A stretch of DNA of 64,000 nt from a bacterium (GCA_023267535.1 JAHFNC010000003.1:75653-139652); one strand, 5' to 3'; shown: positions 19,492 through 30,489, numbered from the stretch's first letter. Numbers and translations: made by a program. The notes: generated by a model from the sequence alone, not told the origin.

Positions 19492-20643
19492 ATGGCAGAA
19501 AATTCTTGGGAAAATTTTGTAATTAAAGATTTAGAAAAATTAAGACAGAAAAAAGTTCTGATTCGTGTTGATTTTAATCTGCCAACCAAAGACGGTGTAG
19601 TACTAGACACTTATCGTCTTGATTCAGTTGTCAGTTTTTTGAAAGACTTATATCTTGTTGGTGCAAAAATAATTTTACTTTCGCATTTCGGAGAAAAGGG
19701 TGAGAGTATAAAACCAGTAGCTGATATTTTTATTAAAAAACTTCCATTTACTAAATTTTTACAGACAACAAACTTTGAAGAAATTAAAAAAGCGGTTGAC
19801 GAAATGAATGCTGGAGAAACAATTTTACTTGAAAATACAAGAATGTTTAAAGGTGAAGAAGAAAATGTTCCGTCCCTTGCAAGAAATTTTGCCGAACTTG
19901 GAGATGTTTTTATAAACGACGCCTTTTCAGTGTCCCACAGGGAACACGCTAGTATTGTTGGGATTCCAAAAAGTAGGCTTTCGTATTTTGGACCAACCTT
20001 TGAGAGAGAATTAACTAACTTAAGTAAATTATTAAACCCAAAAACCCCAGCTTTACTTATATTAGGTGGTGCTAAGTTTGGAACTAAATTAAATTTAATC
20101 AGAAAATATGTAAATCAAGGAGTTGATTTATATGTAGGAGGCGCCTTAGCTCACGCTTTTATGAAAGGGCGCGGAAAAAATATTGGTAAGAGTTTTTATG
20201 ATGACAAAGTAGCTCTAACTGATGATCTTATTTTTCACGCTAATATAGATATACCAAATGATGTCACTACAAAAAGTGGAGACAATTTAAAACTAGAAGA
20301 GATGACTGATAACGACATAATTGTTGATATAGGAAAAGAAAGTATTTTAGAACTTGATAAACTAATTGATAAATCAGAGACAATAATTATGAACGGGCCG
20401 CTTGGTCTATACGAAGATGGCTTTAGATTTGGAACTGAAAAAATTCTAACAAAATTATCATTATTACCAAAAGAAAAAAGTGTAACTATTGGTGGGGGGG
20501 ACACTGTAGCTTGTGCCAATACCCTTGGTGTTATTAAAGATATTGGATATGTCTCATTAGGTGGAGGAGCTATGCTTGAATATTTAGCCAACGGAACCCT
20601 TCCTGGTATTACAGCTATCTCTAGTAGTGGACTAAAAATCTAG
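19492..20643 (+). CDS. pgk: Phosphoglycerate kinase
   Basis: RVDFNLP, LLENTR, NDAFSVSHR, GGGDT, GGGAMLEYL. Confidence 0.96.
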   Translation: MAENSWENFVIKDLEKLRQKKVLIRVDFNLPTKDGVVLDTYRLDSVVSFLKDLYLVGAKIILLSHFGEKGESIKPVADIFIKKLPFTKFLQTTNFEEIKKAVDEMNAGETILLENTRMFKGEEENVPSLARNFAELGDVFINDAFSVSHREHASIVGIPKSRLSYFGPTFERELTNLSKLLNPKTPALLILGGAKFGTKLNLIRKYVNQGVDLYVGGALAHAFMKGRGKNIGKSFYDDKVALTDDLIFHANIDIPNDVTTKSGDNLKLEEMTDNDIIVDIGKESILELDKLIDKSETIIMNGPLGLYEDGFRFGTEKILTKLSLLPKEKSVTIGGGDTVACANTLGVIKDIGYVSLGGGAMLEYLANGTLPGITAISSSGLKI

Positions 20644-21399
20644 TTCTAATTCTGTCGGACAGTGGTCACTTCCAAAAATATCGTTTAGTATTTCTGCTTT
20701 TTTTATTTTGTTTTTTAAATTTTTACTTACGAAAAAGTAATCTATTCTCCAGCCGATGTCTCTATCTCTTGATCTTGTTTTCATATCCCACCAACTATAC
20801 TTCACTTCATTTGGATGTTCATTTCTAAAGGTGTCTATAAAATTTTCTTCAAGTAATTTATCTACGAACTTTCTTTCAATAAGTAAAAATCCAATATGAT
20901 TTTCGTTTTCTTTTGGTCTAGCGATATCTATTTCATTATGAGCCACATTTAAATCTCCACAGAAAATAATATTTTTATTTTCTTTTTCTAATTTTTTAAC
21001 TTTCTTTAAGAACTCATGATAATAAGATAATTTAAATTTAAAATGTTCTGTATCTCTTCCTCCATTTGGAAAATAACAAGTAACAAAAATAAAATTTTTA
21101 AAGTGAAGAGTTAGCATTCTTCCTTCATGGTCCATTTCTTTTATTCCCAAGCCACACTCAACCTTGATTGGTTTTTCTTTACAATAAACTGCCACCCCAG
21201 AATATCCTTTTCTTTCTTTAGAGCTATCAAAAAAATAATTGTAACCTTCGGGAGCAAAAGCTCCGTCTGGTAACTGGTCAACTTTGCATTTAGTTTCTTG
21301 GACAGCAAAAATGTCTGGAGACATATCAAAAATTTGTTTCAATTGTCCTTTCTTTTCTACCGCTCTTAATCCGTTTACATTCCAAGATATGAATTTCAT
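20632..21399 (-). CDS. xth: Exodeoxyribonuclease III / AP endonuclease
   Basis: SWNVNGLRA, QETK, GDLNVAH, WRIDYF, SDHCP. Confidence 0.96.
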   Translation of the reverse strand: MKFISWNVNGLRAVEKKGQLKQIFDMSPDIFAVQETKCKVDQLPDGAFAPEGYNYFFDSSKERKGYSGVAVYCKEKPIKVECGLGIKEMDHEGRMLTLHFKNFIFVTCYFPNGGRDTEHFKFKLSYYHEFLKKVKKLEKENKNIIFCGDLNVAHNEIDIARPKENENHIGFLLIERKFVDKLLEENFIDTFRNEHPNEVKYSWWDMKTRSRDRDIGWRIDYFFVSKNLKNKIKKAEILNDIFGSDHCPTELELDF

Positions 21400-21498
21400 A
21401 CTTTAATTATAACAAAAAGATAAACCCGGCAAATTGCCCGATTTTCAAAGGATTATTCACTAGCCTCTAGTCGGTGGTATCTTTTGTGGAAACAAAAA

Positions 21499-22443
21499 TT
21501 AATCTTTACCTTTTCTCTTGGAATGAAACTTCTCGTACTGGTCACGTAAGAATTTATTAGTAACATTAGTATAAATCTGAGTGGTGGAAATGGAAGCGTG
21601 TCCAAGCATCATCTGCACAGTACGTAAATCAGCTCCATTATATAAAAGATCAGTGGCAAAGGAGTGACGAATAACATGCGGAGTACATTTTTTTGCAATA
21701 CCAGATAGAACAGCGTATTTTTCAAGAGTCCTTTCAACACTTCTCGGCGTTAGTCTAACTGATTCCTCTTTTTTCATTCTTGATAACGCTCGCGGGGAGT
21801 GATCAATAAACATCGCTTCATCAATATCCACTCTTTCGTTTAAATATTTTTTAACAGCGTCACGAGCGTCGTCAGAAATAAAGACCACTCTAATCTTTCC
21901 ACCTTTCCCACGAACTGAGATTTCACCAGTTCTAAAATCTGTATCTCTATCTAATGAACATAATTCTGACACACGAAGTCCGGTTGAAAATAAAAGCTCA
22001 AGAATAGCCTTATCTCGAAGTCCTGTCTTGGTACCTACATCTGGGGCATTTAATAAATTGTTTAAATCTTTTTCAGATATCAAATCCAACTCTCTTTGAC
22101 TAGTCTTAGCTAACTCAATTCTTTCTGGATCATAACTCTGAACACCTCTTTTACGAATATATTTTAGAAAGGCACGAAGAGCAATCAAATGATAGTTTTG
22201 GGTTTTTTTGTCCAACGTGTCTGCCGGTTGTCCTTTTTTTGCCTTTCTTGCAGGTTGTCTATTAAGCCAAACTCGATATTCACGCATAATACTTTCAGAA
22301 ACTGAGGAAGGGGAGTCGGTATTAGCAAATTTAAGAAATCTGTTCAAATAATGATCATAATTACGAACAGTTAGGGCGCTTCGACCTTTTTCAATCTCTA
22401 TATATTGCAAAAAGTCATACTTTAGGTCGTTTAAGGAATGCAT
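21499..22443 (-). CDS. XerC/D-type tyrosine recombinase
   Basis: STGLRVSEL, GKGGK, PHVIRHSFAT, LGHASISTTQIY; probable start ATG 22443. Confidence 0.93.
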   Translation of the reverse strand: MHSLNDLKYDFLQYIEIEKGRSALTVRNYDHYLNRFLKFANTDSPSSVSESIMREYRVWLNRQPARKAKKGQPADTLDKKTQNYHLIALRAFLKYIRKRGVQSYDPERIELAKTSQRELDLISEKDLNNLLNAPDVGTKTGLRDKAILELLFSTGLRVSELCSLDRDTDFRTGEISVRGKGGKIRVVFISDDARDAVKKYLNERVDIDEAMFIDHSPRALSRMKKEESVRLTPRSVERTLEKYAVLSGIAKKCTPHVIRHSFATDLLYNGADLRTVQMMLGHASISTTQIYTNVTNKFLRDQYEKFHSKRKGKD

Positions 22444-22590
22444 ACGTATATTATAGCTTAATGTCGCACAATTCCTGTTGGATAACCCCAAATACCTCAA
22501 AAATGAAGGAAAATAAGCCTGAAATTGAAGCCTCCCAGCTATTGCATTTTTTAAAAATATGTGATACTATATGGACATAGTTAGAAAGAT

Positions 22591-22854
22591 ATGCTTACAG
22601 CTAAGAAAAAAACAAAGGTAATAAAGGATTCCCAAATTCACGCTAAAGACACAGGTTCTCCTGAGGTCCAAGTGGCGATTTTGACTAAAAAAATAACAGA
22701 ATTAACTGGGCATCTTAAGACACACAAGAAAGATAATCATTCTCGTCGTGGATTAATCCAAATGGTGGCGGATCGCCGTTCTCATTTGAAATATTTAGAA
22801 GTTTCAAACAAAAAGCGTTACAACGCTATAGTAAAAAAACTAGAACTTAAATAA
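22591..22854 (+). CDS. rpsO: 30S ribosomal protein S15
   Basis: DTGSPEVQVAILT...HKKDNHSRRGL. Confidence 0.98.
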   Translation: MLTAKKKTKVIKDSQIHAKDTGSPEVQVAILTKKITELTGHLKTHKKDNHSRRGLIQMVADRRSHLKYLEVSNKKRYNAIVKKLELK

Positions 22855-23005
22855 ATTAAAGCGCCATAGACTGGCGTTTTAATTTCTTATCTCTTTTTAA
22901 CTATAATTTTAATAATATAATCAGCTACTTATTTTTAGTAATAAAAACAAATTTTGTTTAATAATATAAACAAAAAACTGAAAACTGGTAACTACAACTA
23001 TTTAT

Positions 23006-23632
23006 ATGTCAGTAATAAAACATAATGATCAGCGTGTGGCTGTTTTTATAGACACACAAAACTTATATCACAGTGCAAAAAACTTATACAACACAAAAGT
23101 AAACTTCGGAGCAATAATGAAGGAGGTAATCGGAAAAAGAAAACTTATACGTGCTATCGCCTATGTTATAACCACCGAAGCTGGAGATGAAACACAATTC
23201 TTTGAAGCTTTAACAAAACTTGGGATTGAAACCAAGACAAAAGATTTACAAGTCTTTTATGGTGGATCAAAGAAAGCCGACTGGGATGTTGGTATGGCAG
23301 TTGATGCTATACGCCTTGCTCCAAAAGTAGACACCATCGTCTTAGCAACGGGGGACGGGGACTTCGTACCACTTGTTACTTTCTTAAAAGAACATTTTGG
23401 GGTTCAGGTTGAAGTCATTTCATTTGGTAGATCATCATCATCAAAACTTCGCGAAGCTTGTGAAGATTTTATTGATATGTGTGAAAAACCAGGAGACTTC
23501 TTAATAGGACATGGGAATGCAAAGAGAAAAAGTTCTCCGAACCCTTCTTCAAATTCAAACTCTTCAAAGAAAAGAGTTCCAAAACAAAAAGAGGTGAAAG
23601 AATTCTCAGATGAAGCATTAGGAATATTCTAG
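23006..23632 (+). CDS. NYN domain (LabA/DUF88) protein
   Basis: VFIDTQN, KADWDVGMAVD, TGDGDF. Confidence 0.92.
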   Translation: MSVIKHNDQRVAVFIDTQNLYHSAKNLYNTKVNFGAIMKEVIGKRKLIRAIAYVITTEAGDETQFFEALTKLGIETKTKDLQVFYGGSKKADWDVGMAVDAIRLAPKVDTIVLATGDGDFVPLVTFLKEHFGVQVEVISFGRSSSSKLREACEDFIDMCEKPGDFLIGHGNAKRKSSPNPSSNSNSSKKRVPKQKEVKEFSDEALGIF

Positions 23633-23645
23633 TGATTTAAAAAAT

Positions 23646-23675
23646 AAAGGGCGCGACCTACGGTCGCGCCCTTTT
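23646..23675. terminator. Terminator/palindrome
   Basis: AAAGGGCGCGACC-TAC-GGTCGCGCCCTTTT. Confidence 0.8.
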
Positions 23676-23691
23676 GTGTTACAATTTACAC

Positions 23692-24324
23692 ATGTCTGTG
23701 CCAAACATAGAAACATTTGAATACGATATTTCTAACGAAATAAAAACTACTGATGCAACCATTTCAAATATTGCATCAGCTTCTGGAACTATAGAAAATA
23801 AAGAAATCAGCTCAACTAAAGATAGAAATTTTTTTCTTTTAATAATTTTTTCTATTATTTTGATTGTGATAAGTGTGGTCTCTATTCTGGGTTATAATTT
23901 TTATTTAAACACAACAACCAACACTCAAAATGCAATTGCGACGACGACAATAAACGGAACAGCGGGTGTATTAACCAAGGACTTCCCAATATTTGATACC
24001 AACGTTGGAAGATTTGTTTCAAGCACCAAGAAAACAAATTTGGGTTATGATATGACACTTAATGATTACTCCAACGTCTTTGCTTATATTTTAAGAAATG
24101 AAGGAACTTTTCTAAATGAAGCCGTTGCCTCACTAAAAATAAAAATAACTAATGCGACAGATACTCCGCAAATAATAAATATAACCGAGTCAAATCAAAA
24201 TATGAGGGCTTTAGTTTACGGTAGTACAACTTATATGGTTTATGCCTTTGTAAACAATAATCACTTAGTGGTATCACCAGCTGTGGAGGGAATTATTTTT
24301 ATGAGAAATGATATTATGAAGTAA
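23692..24324 (+). CDS. Hypothetical single-pass membrane protein
   Basis: One TM helix; start reassigned to ATG 23692 after TGTTACAAT. Confidence 0.8.
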   Translation: MSVPNIETFEYDISNEIKTTDATISNIASASGTIENKEISSTKDRNFFLLIIFSIILIVISVVSILGYNFYLNTTTNTQNAIATTTINGTAGVLTKDFPIFDTNVGRFVSSTKKTNLGYDMTLNDYSNVFAYILRNEGTFLNEAVASLKIKITNATDTPQIINITESNQNMRALVYGSTTYMVYAFVNNNHLVVSPAVEGIIFMRNDIMK

Positions 24325-25874
24325 TGAGCGTCGCTAATGTAAAAAGTTCTTACATTTTTGGTCTTGAAGCTACACCTGTTTCTGTTGAGGTTGATGTGTC
24401 GTCTGGTATTTATTCGTTTTCAATTGTCGGACTTCCTGACAAAGCAATAGACGAAAGTAAAGATCGAGTAATTTCAGCAATAAAAAATACCGGACTACTT
24501 AATCCTAAAAAAGAAGGCCAGAAAATAATTGTTTCTCTTTCTCCTGCGCATATTAAAAAAGAGGGAACACATTTTGATTTACCAATTGCCATTTCATATC
24601 TACTAGCATCAAAACAGATATCATTTGATTCAAAAGATAAATGGTTCGTGGGTGAACTCTCTTTAAATGGTGACTTACAACCGATGCAAGGAGTGTTATC
24701 CATCGCCGAATGCGCTAAGAAAAATAATATTAAAGAATTATTTGTTCCAGAAAAAAATAAACTGGAAGCATCTTTAGTTCCTGGAATAAAAGTTTTTGGT
24801 TGTTCTTCCTTGAAAGAAGTTGTTAAACATTTTGGTGGGCTTGTGGACGCCGAAGAAATAGACGTTTTTAAAATAAAAGAAACAGACACTACAGAAATAA
24901 TTTATAAACGCCCAGATTTTTATCTTGATTTCAAAGATGTCAGGGGGCAAGAGTTAGCTAAAAAAGCTCTTGAGATTGCTGCTAGTGGCGGACACAACAT
25001 TGCGCTTTATGGACCACCAGGAACAGGAAAAACAATGTTAGCTAGAGCTTTTTCTGGAATACTTCCACCCTTACTTAAAGATGAAATCTTTGAAGTAAAC
25101 AGAATCCACTCAATAGCTAGTAGAGCAAGTGATTTGATAACTAGCCCGCCTTTCCGATCGCCTCATCATACTTCATCTTATATATCTTTGGTTGGTGGTG
25201 GGGCAAATCCACGCCCTGGGGAAGTAACTTTAGCTCATCGTGGAGTTCTCTTCTTAGATGAATTTCCAGAATTTGATAAAAGAGTAATTGAAAGTTTAAG
25301 ACAGCCCCTCGAAGAAGGGAATATAACCGTAGCTAGAGCTAAGGGGAGTTTTGTTTTTCCAGCATCTTGTATTGTTATTATTGCTATGAATCCGTGTCCT
25401 TGCGGATATATGGGAAGTAAAATTAAAAGATGCATTTGTCGCCAATCTGATATTGAAAAATATGCTAGAAAATTATCTGGCCCAATTATGGACAGAATTG
25501 ATATGTGGGTGCCGGTACAGCATATTGATTACAATACATTATCAGATAATAAAATCGGTGAGGGAAGTTTGGAAATTGGAAAAAGAGTAAATAACGCAAG
25601 AGAGTTTGCGGTTGAGAGATTTAATAAAATAGGAAAGAATATAAAATCAAATAAAGAGATTAGTGCTAAAGATATTAATTCTTACATTTCACTTTCGGAA
25701 AATGCTAAAGATTTAATAAAAAAGTTAGCAATTAAATACGCATTATCACCGAGAGCTTATCACAGGATGTTACGTGTCGCCAGAACCATTGCTGATTTAG
25801 ACAAAAAAGAAAATATAAACGAGGAACATATACTTGAAGCTTTTCAGTATAGGCCGAAGATGTATGAGAATTAA
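24324..25874 (+). CDS. comM: ComM/YifB Mg-chelatase-like AAA+ ATPase
   Basis: IVGLPD, GPPGTGKT, FRSPHH, LAHRGVLFLDE, NPCPCG. Confidence 0.95.
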   Translation: MSVANVKSSYIFGLEATPVSVEVDVSSGIYSFSIVGLPDKAIDESKDRVISAIKNTGLLNPKKEGQKIIVSLSPAHIKKEGTHFDLPIAISYLLASKQISFDSKDKWFVGELSLNGDLQPMQGVLSIAECAKKNNIKELFVPEKNKLEASLVPGIKVFGCSSLKEVVKHFGGLVDAEEIDVFKIKETDTTEIIYKRPDFYLDFKDVRGQELAKKALEIAASGGHNIALYGPPGTGKTMLARAFSGILPPLLKDEIFEVNRIHSIASRASDLITSPPFRSPHHTSSYISLVGGGANPRPGEVTLAHRGVLFLDEFPEFDKRVIESLRQPLEEGNITVARAKGSFVFPASCIVIIAMNPCPCGYMGSKIKRCICRQSDIEKYARKLSGPIMDRIDMWVPVQHIDYNTLSDNKIGEGSLEIGKRVNNAREFAVERFNKIGKNIKSNKEISAKDINSYISLSENAKDLIKKLAIKYALSPRAYHRMLRVARTIADLDKKENINEEHILEAFQYRPKMYEN

Positions 25875-25887
25875 ACTCTCAGCCATC

Positions 25888-26013
25888 TTTTTGTTTTAAA
25901 ATTACTTTAGCTACGCGAAGCCTAGAGATTTTTCAAGGAAGGCGTACATCCAGTACGACGACTGAGAAAAATCTCGTAGCGACAAAGTAGATAAAGTGAT
26001 TTTAAAACAAAAA
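25888..26013 (+). repeat. Stop-codon-anchored long hairpin, copy C
   Basis: 22-nt arms matching 21/22; GCGAAGC, GACGA and GCGACAAAG loops. Confidence 0.75.
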
Positions 26014-27039
26014 CTAAAATGGGTTTCTGGCTCCACGCACTTCAAAATGAAGGTGAGGTCCGGTTGAGTGTCCAGTATTACCGAGTGCTCCAATTACTTC
26101 TCCCTGAGATACTTGTTGACCCGCTGATACATAAATATTACTTAAGTGGGCGTAAACAGTCTGGATATTTCCTTCATGCATGATGATAATCATATTTCCA
26201 TAACCACCATTATATCCACCCATCTTAGCTAGAATCACACGACCGTCACCGGAGGCCATAACTGGTGTTCCAAGTGGCGCAGCCAAATCAACTCCGTTGT
26301 GGCCATGAAGCCCTTGAGTCTTTCTTCCTCCGGTAATTGGGCGAATCAAAAATCCGCTAGGAGCTGAAGTTGTGTACTTATCAAGCAACTTTGAAGTTGT
26401 CTTTGGTTTACCGGTGCCCGTTGTTGAAACAACAGTTATTTCACCAGCCGGAACTAAAATAGTATCTCCTACTGCCAGCTTAGAATCTTTAACTATTCCG
26501 TTGAATTTTGCGATATCATCAGCATCAGCTTTATATTTTTTAGCAATAGAAGAAACAGTATCTCCTTTCTTAACAACATGCTTGATTCCAGTTATTGGAA
26601 GAATAACCAATGTGTCTCCTGGGGTTAAGGTATTTGATTTCAAATCGTTTGCCCAAATAATCGTATTCTTAGAAACACCGAAGAGTTTAGCTACGGTAGA
26701 TAACGTGTCTCCTTTCTTAACTTCATAAACATTAATCTGGTCGTTAGTCGGAATATCAAGATCTTCAGTTGAAATACGAAGAGATCCGTTAACAGCAGAC
26801 AAACTATCTGTCGTAGAAGAAATTTCTTCTTCTACCGCACCGTTTATATCAGAACTATCAACAACTGTTGGCTTCAAAACATCCATAGTTTGAGATGATT
26901 TGGTCGCCTCTTGGTCAACATTGTCACTTTTTGTAATGAAAGATTTTACTTTGTCAGTAATGTCTGAGAAGATAGAAGCCTTAGAATGATTCGGCCACAT
27001 CAAAAAAATAAAAAGCAGGGAGAGAGTTATGTTTCGCAT
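26014..27039 (-). CDS. LysM x2 / M23 peptidase
   Basis: Signal peptide, two VKKGDT LysM repeats, HNGVD, YAHL, GPHLHFE. Confidence 0.95.
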   Translation of the reverse strand: MRNITLSLLFIFLMWPNHSKASIFSDITDKVKSFITKSDNVDQEATKSSQTMDVLKPTVVDSSDINGAVEEEISSTTDSLSAVNGSLRISTEDLDIPTNDQINVYEVKKGDTLSTVAKLFGVSKNTIIWANDLKSNTLTPGDTLVILPITGIKHVVKKGDTVSSIAKKYKADADDIAKFNGIVKDSKLAVGDTILVPAGEITVVSTTGTGKPKTTSKLLDKYTTSAPSGFLIRPITGGRKTQGLHGHNGVDLAAPLGTPVMASGDGRVILAKMGGYNGGYGNMIIIMHEGNIQTVYAHLSNIYVSAGQQVSQGEVIGALGNTGHSTGPHLHFEVRGARNPF

Positions 27040-27250
27040 ATGATTGCGTTTTTTATTGTCTACTAAAATGGGTTTAAATTAAAAATCGTTTGTTACAACG
27101 ATTAAGGATTTTGTAAAGGTTATTTAGATAACTCTCCTAATATATTTATCCTAGCAAAAAATAAACCTCAAAACAATAACCTAAGTCACATTTTGTGGAA
27201 AATTGATAATTATTCCTTTAAAATAAGGTATACTTTAATATATAGAGTTT

Positions 27251-28246
27251 ATGTCTACTATCTCAGATAATATACAAAATGTTTCTACTGGCAGAGATTT
27301 GGGAACTTTTTCTGCGCCACCAAAAAACCACAATGAGGGTCTGGTTTCTCCTTACGGAAGACTGCTTGGTCAAAATAAAAATCACTTGCATCATGGAAGG
27401 CCCGAAATAAGACAGGGGAAGATTCGTCCAGGTGGAGAAATTCGCTCACTTAGAGAAAAATATCAAGTGCGAGCAACCGAACTACCACAACAAATAAAAA
27501 ATGAAGTTGAAAAACTAGAAGCTAAAATTATTTTGCCAAACAAAGAGGTCTTAAGACATGCTCCGGTTATAACTCATAGATTAAGAAGCGTAGATAAGCA
27601 AGAACCCGTGGAGGAAATTATGGAAGAAGTAATGGAAGCGGAAACTAATTTAAATGAATCAGAAAAAAAAGTAAGCGGGGAGTTATATAGAGAGGTAACT
27701 AGTATGACCGATCAAATAGCCTCTGGTATTTTGGAAAAACATAGAGATAGCGAAAACAGAACTGCTACTTTAATGATAGAAAGTCCTACGCCTCATGGTG
27801 TTAATCTTTTAGAAAAGCAAAGAGAAATAATGACAATTGAAAATACTGAGCGATTTATTGAATTAAGAGAAGATGAGAAAAGAATTGTTTTATCAATAGT
27901 AAGAGATGACCCAAAAGATTTGATTGCAAAATATTTTGAAAACACAGAATTATATGACTTGATAAATTCTGATAAAGAAAAAGTTAAGGGAGCAAGAAAG
28001 ACAAGTCCTTGGAATATTTTCTGCAACACTGACAGCGAAGCAATTATGGAAAATAATTTAGGAACACTTCACGACATAAGATCATCGGCTTCAAAATTAA
28101 TAAAAGATTTACTCTTCGTCTCTTTGGTTGTTGGAGTAGAAACAAATATTGATAATTTGAGTAAAGAAGAATCTCTAAATGATTTTTACTTAAACCAAAG
28201 AAACCAAATCTTCAAAAAACTTTCATCGCTTGGAATAAAATTTTAA
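27251..28246 (+). CDS. Hypothetical protein
   Basis: 331-aa ORF with no recognised motif. Confidence 0.75.
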   Translation: MSTISDNIQNVSTGRDLGTFSAPPKNHNEGLVSPYGRLLGQNKNHLHHGRPEIRQGKIRPGGEIRSLREKYQVRATELPQQIKNEVEKLEAKIILPNKEVLRHAPVITHRLRSVDKQEPVEEIMEEVMEAETNLNESEKKVSGELYREVTSMTDQIASGILEKHRDSENRTATLMIESPTPHGVNLLEKQREIMTIENTERFIELREDEKRIVLSIVRDDPKDLIAKYFENTELYDLINSDKEKVKGARKTSPWNIFCNTDSEAIMENNLGTLHDIRSSASKLIKDLLFVSLVVGVETNIDNLSKEESLNDFYLNQRNQIFKKLSSLGIKF

Positions 28247-28247
28247 T

Positions 28248-28550
28248 ATGGATTACGAAAAAACATACAAACAACTAATAGAAGATTTTGAGTTAAGTCA
28301 TTTGAAAGAAGATGAGAAAAGGGAAATACTTTTATCTCTAGCTAAGACAATACAAAAACAATTTTTACTCGATGTTCGTGAAAAATTAGATGACCAAAAG
28401 TGGTCAGCATTAAAGACATCGCTTTCTATGGGAAATGAGTTTTATGAGACAACGCTAAAGCATTTACTTCCAGATTACAATGAAGTTTTCAAAGACTCTC
28501 GCCAAAAAATAATTTCAAAATTCAAAGAAGATTCTCCTGTGCTACAATAG
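28248..28550 (+). CDS. Hypothetical small helical protein
   Basis: 100-aa ORF coupled between its neighbours. Confidence 0.75.
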   Translation: MDYEKTYKQLIEDFELSHLKEDEKREILLSLAKTIQKQFLLDVREKLDDQKWSALKTSLSMGNEFYETTLKHLLPDYNEVFKDSRQKIISKFKEDSPVLQ

Positions 28551-28557
28551 TTCTTCT

Positions 28558-30489
28558 ATGGTCGTCTCTTTAAACGAAAAACAATTGGAAGCCGTGCTTC
28601 ACACTGAAGGTCCACTTCTAATTTTGGCAGGTGCTGGTGCTGGAAAAACAAAAACGATAACTGAAAGAATAGTTCAGATAGTAAAAAATGGAACCGAGCC
28701 AAAAAATATTTTAGCCGTAACCTTTACTAACAAAGCCGGAAAGGAAATGCGCGAAAGAATATTAAGCAGACTGGAAGAAGAAAAAATTATAGAAAGAAGT
28801 AATCCTTATTTTTCAAAGCCAATAATAAAAACCTTTCACGGCTTGGGGCTTATGATTTTATCTGAATATGGAAAATTCGCGGGATTACTTAAAAATCCAA
28901 CTATACTTGATTCTCAAGATTCCCTTTCTATTATCAAAGGCGCACTGGAAAAATTAAATATAGACCCAAAGGTCCACGACCCATCAAAAATCCGTTCAAT
29001 AATTTCTAAAGAGAAAGGAAATTTTACTAGTTTATCTGATTATCAGAAAAAAATAGTAAGCACTAAAATGGAAATTATTTTTTCTATTTGGAGGATTTAT
29101 GAAAATGAATTAAAAGAACAAAAGGCAGTTGATTTTGATGATTTAATTGTTAAAGCTGTCAGACTTCTGGAAGAAAATAAAGAGGTTAGAGATTTTTATC
29201 AGAACAGATTTAAATATATTCATGTTGATGAGTATCAAGATACTAATCAGGCCCAATACGAGTTTATTAAATTATTAATAAACAAAGACAAAAATAATAT
29301 TTGTGTGGTTGGTGACACCGATCAAAATATTTATTCTTGGCGCGGGGCGAATTTAAAAAACATAATGGGTTTTGAAAAAGATTTTGAGGGCACACATATT
29401 GTCGTGCTTGAAGAAAATTATCGCTCAACAGGAAATATTTTATCACTAGCCAATAATGCTATTAAGAAAAATAGCGTTAGAAAAGAAAAAGTGCTATTCA
29501 CTAAAAAAGAAGGCGGTGAAAAAATAGAAATACTTCCGGCTTTTGACGAACAAGGAGAGGGGGAGTTGATTGCTAGAAAATCTAAAGAATTAATTGAAAC
29601 CGGAGTAAGCCCGAAAGATATTGCGGTATTGTATCGAGCTAATTTTCAATCCAGAGTCTTAGAAGAATCATTTTTAAGAGAAGGGGTTCCGTATAATTTA
29701 CTTGGAACAAAATTCTTTGAAAGAAAAGAAGTGAAAGATGTTTTAGCATATTTAAGAGTTTCTATGAACCGTGCTTCACAAGTTGATTTGAAAAGAGTTT
29801 TTGAAACACCAAAAAAAGGGATTGGTAAGGCAACTATAGCCAAAATTTTTGCTGGGGCTCTGGTTAATACTTCAACTGATTTAAAAATAAAAAAAGTTTA
29901 TGAATTTTTAGATAAAGTAGAAGAAAAATTACAAAACGAAAATCTTTCTTTTGTCCTACAAATGATAATTGTAGAATCTGGAATTGAAAAAGAGTTAATA
30001 GAGGGAGGAGATGACGGAATAGAAAGACTAGAAAACGTAAGGGAACTTGTTTCGATCACTTCAAAGTATGACGGGGAGGTGGCCATAAATGTCATTGAAC
30101 AATTTTTAGAAGAATCATCTCTGCAATCAGACCAAGATGAAGATAAGGAAGAAAAAGAAGGCGTTAGACTTATGACCATACATTCAAGTAAGGGACTTGA
30201 GTTTGATTATGTGTTTATCTGTGGACTAGAACATGATTTGTTTCCACATAAAAATATAGGAAATAAAAAAGAGACGAAAGAGGAAGAAGAGGAGGAGCGA
30301 AGACTTTTCTACGTGGCAGTCACCAGAGCTAGAAAAAAATTATTCCTATGCTATGCCGAAATCCGAACCATCTTTGGACAAAGACAAATAAATGCGCCGA
30401 GTGAATTTTTGGAAGATGTGGAAGAAGAAATCGGAGAATTTAACGAGACCTATTATAAAGAGGGCGCGGGGAAGATATTTTATATTTAA
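28558..30489 (+). CDS. pcrA: PcrA/UvrD helicase
   Basis: AGAGAGKT, VTFTNKA, VDEYQD, ENYRS, TIHSSKGLEF, YVAVTRA. Confidence 0.95.
   Translation: MVVSLNEKQLEAVLHTEGPLLILAGAGAGKTKTITERIVQIVKNGTEPKNILAVTFTNKAGKEMRERILSRLEEEKIIERSNPYFSKPIIKTFHGLGLMILSEYGKFAGLLKNPTILDSQDSLSIIKGALEKLNIDPKVHDPSKIRSIISKEKGNFTSLSDYQKKIVSTKMEIIFSIWRIYENELKEQKAVDFDDLIVKAVRLLEENKEVRDFYQNRFKYIHVDEYQDTNQAQYEFIKLLINKDKNNICVVGDTDQNIYSWRGANLKNIMGFEKDFEGTHIVVLEENYRSTGNILSLANNAIKKNSVRKEKVLFTKKEGGEKIEILPAFDEQGEGELIARKSKELIETGVSPKDIAVLYRANFQSRVLEESFLREGVPYNLLGTKFFERKEVKDVLAYLRVSMNRASQVDLKRVFETPKKGIGKATIAKIFAGALVNTSTDLKIKKVYEFLDKVEEKLQNENLSFVLQMIIVESGIEKELIEGGDDGIERLENVRELVSITSKYDGEVAINVIEQFLEESSLQSDQDEDKEEKEGVRLMTIHSSKGLEFDYVFICGLEHDLFPHKNIGNKKETKEEEEEERRLFYVAVTRARKKLFLCYAEIRTIFGQRQINAPSEFLEDVEEEIGEFNETYYKEGAGKIFYI

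Noticed and set aside
21499..22500. Tyrosine recombinase as a prophage or island integrase
   Set aside because: Xer-like size and motifs, flanked by xth and rpsO, with no att repeats or cargo.
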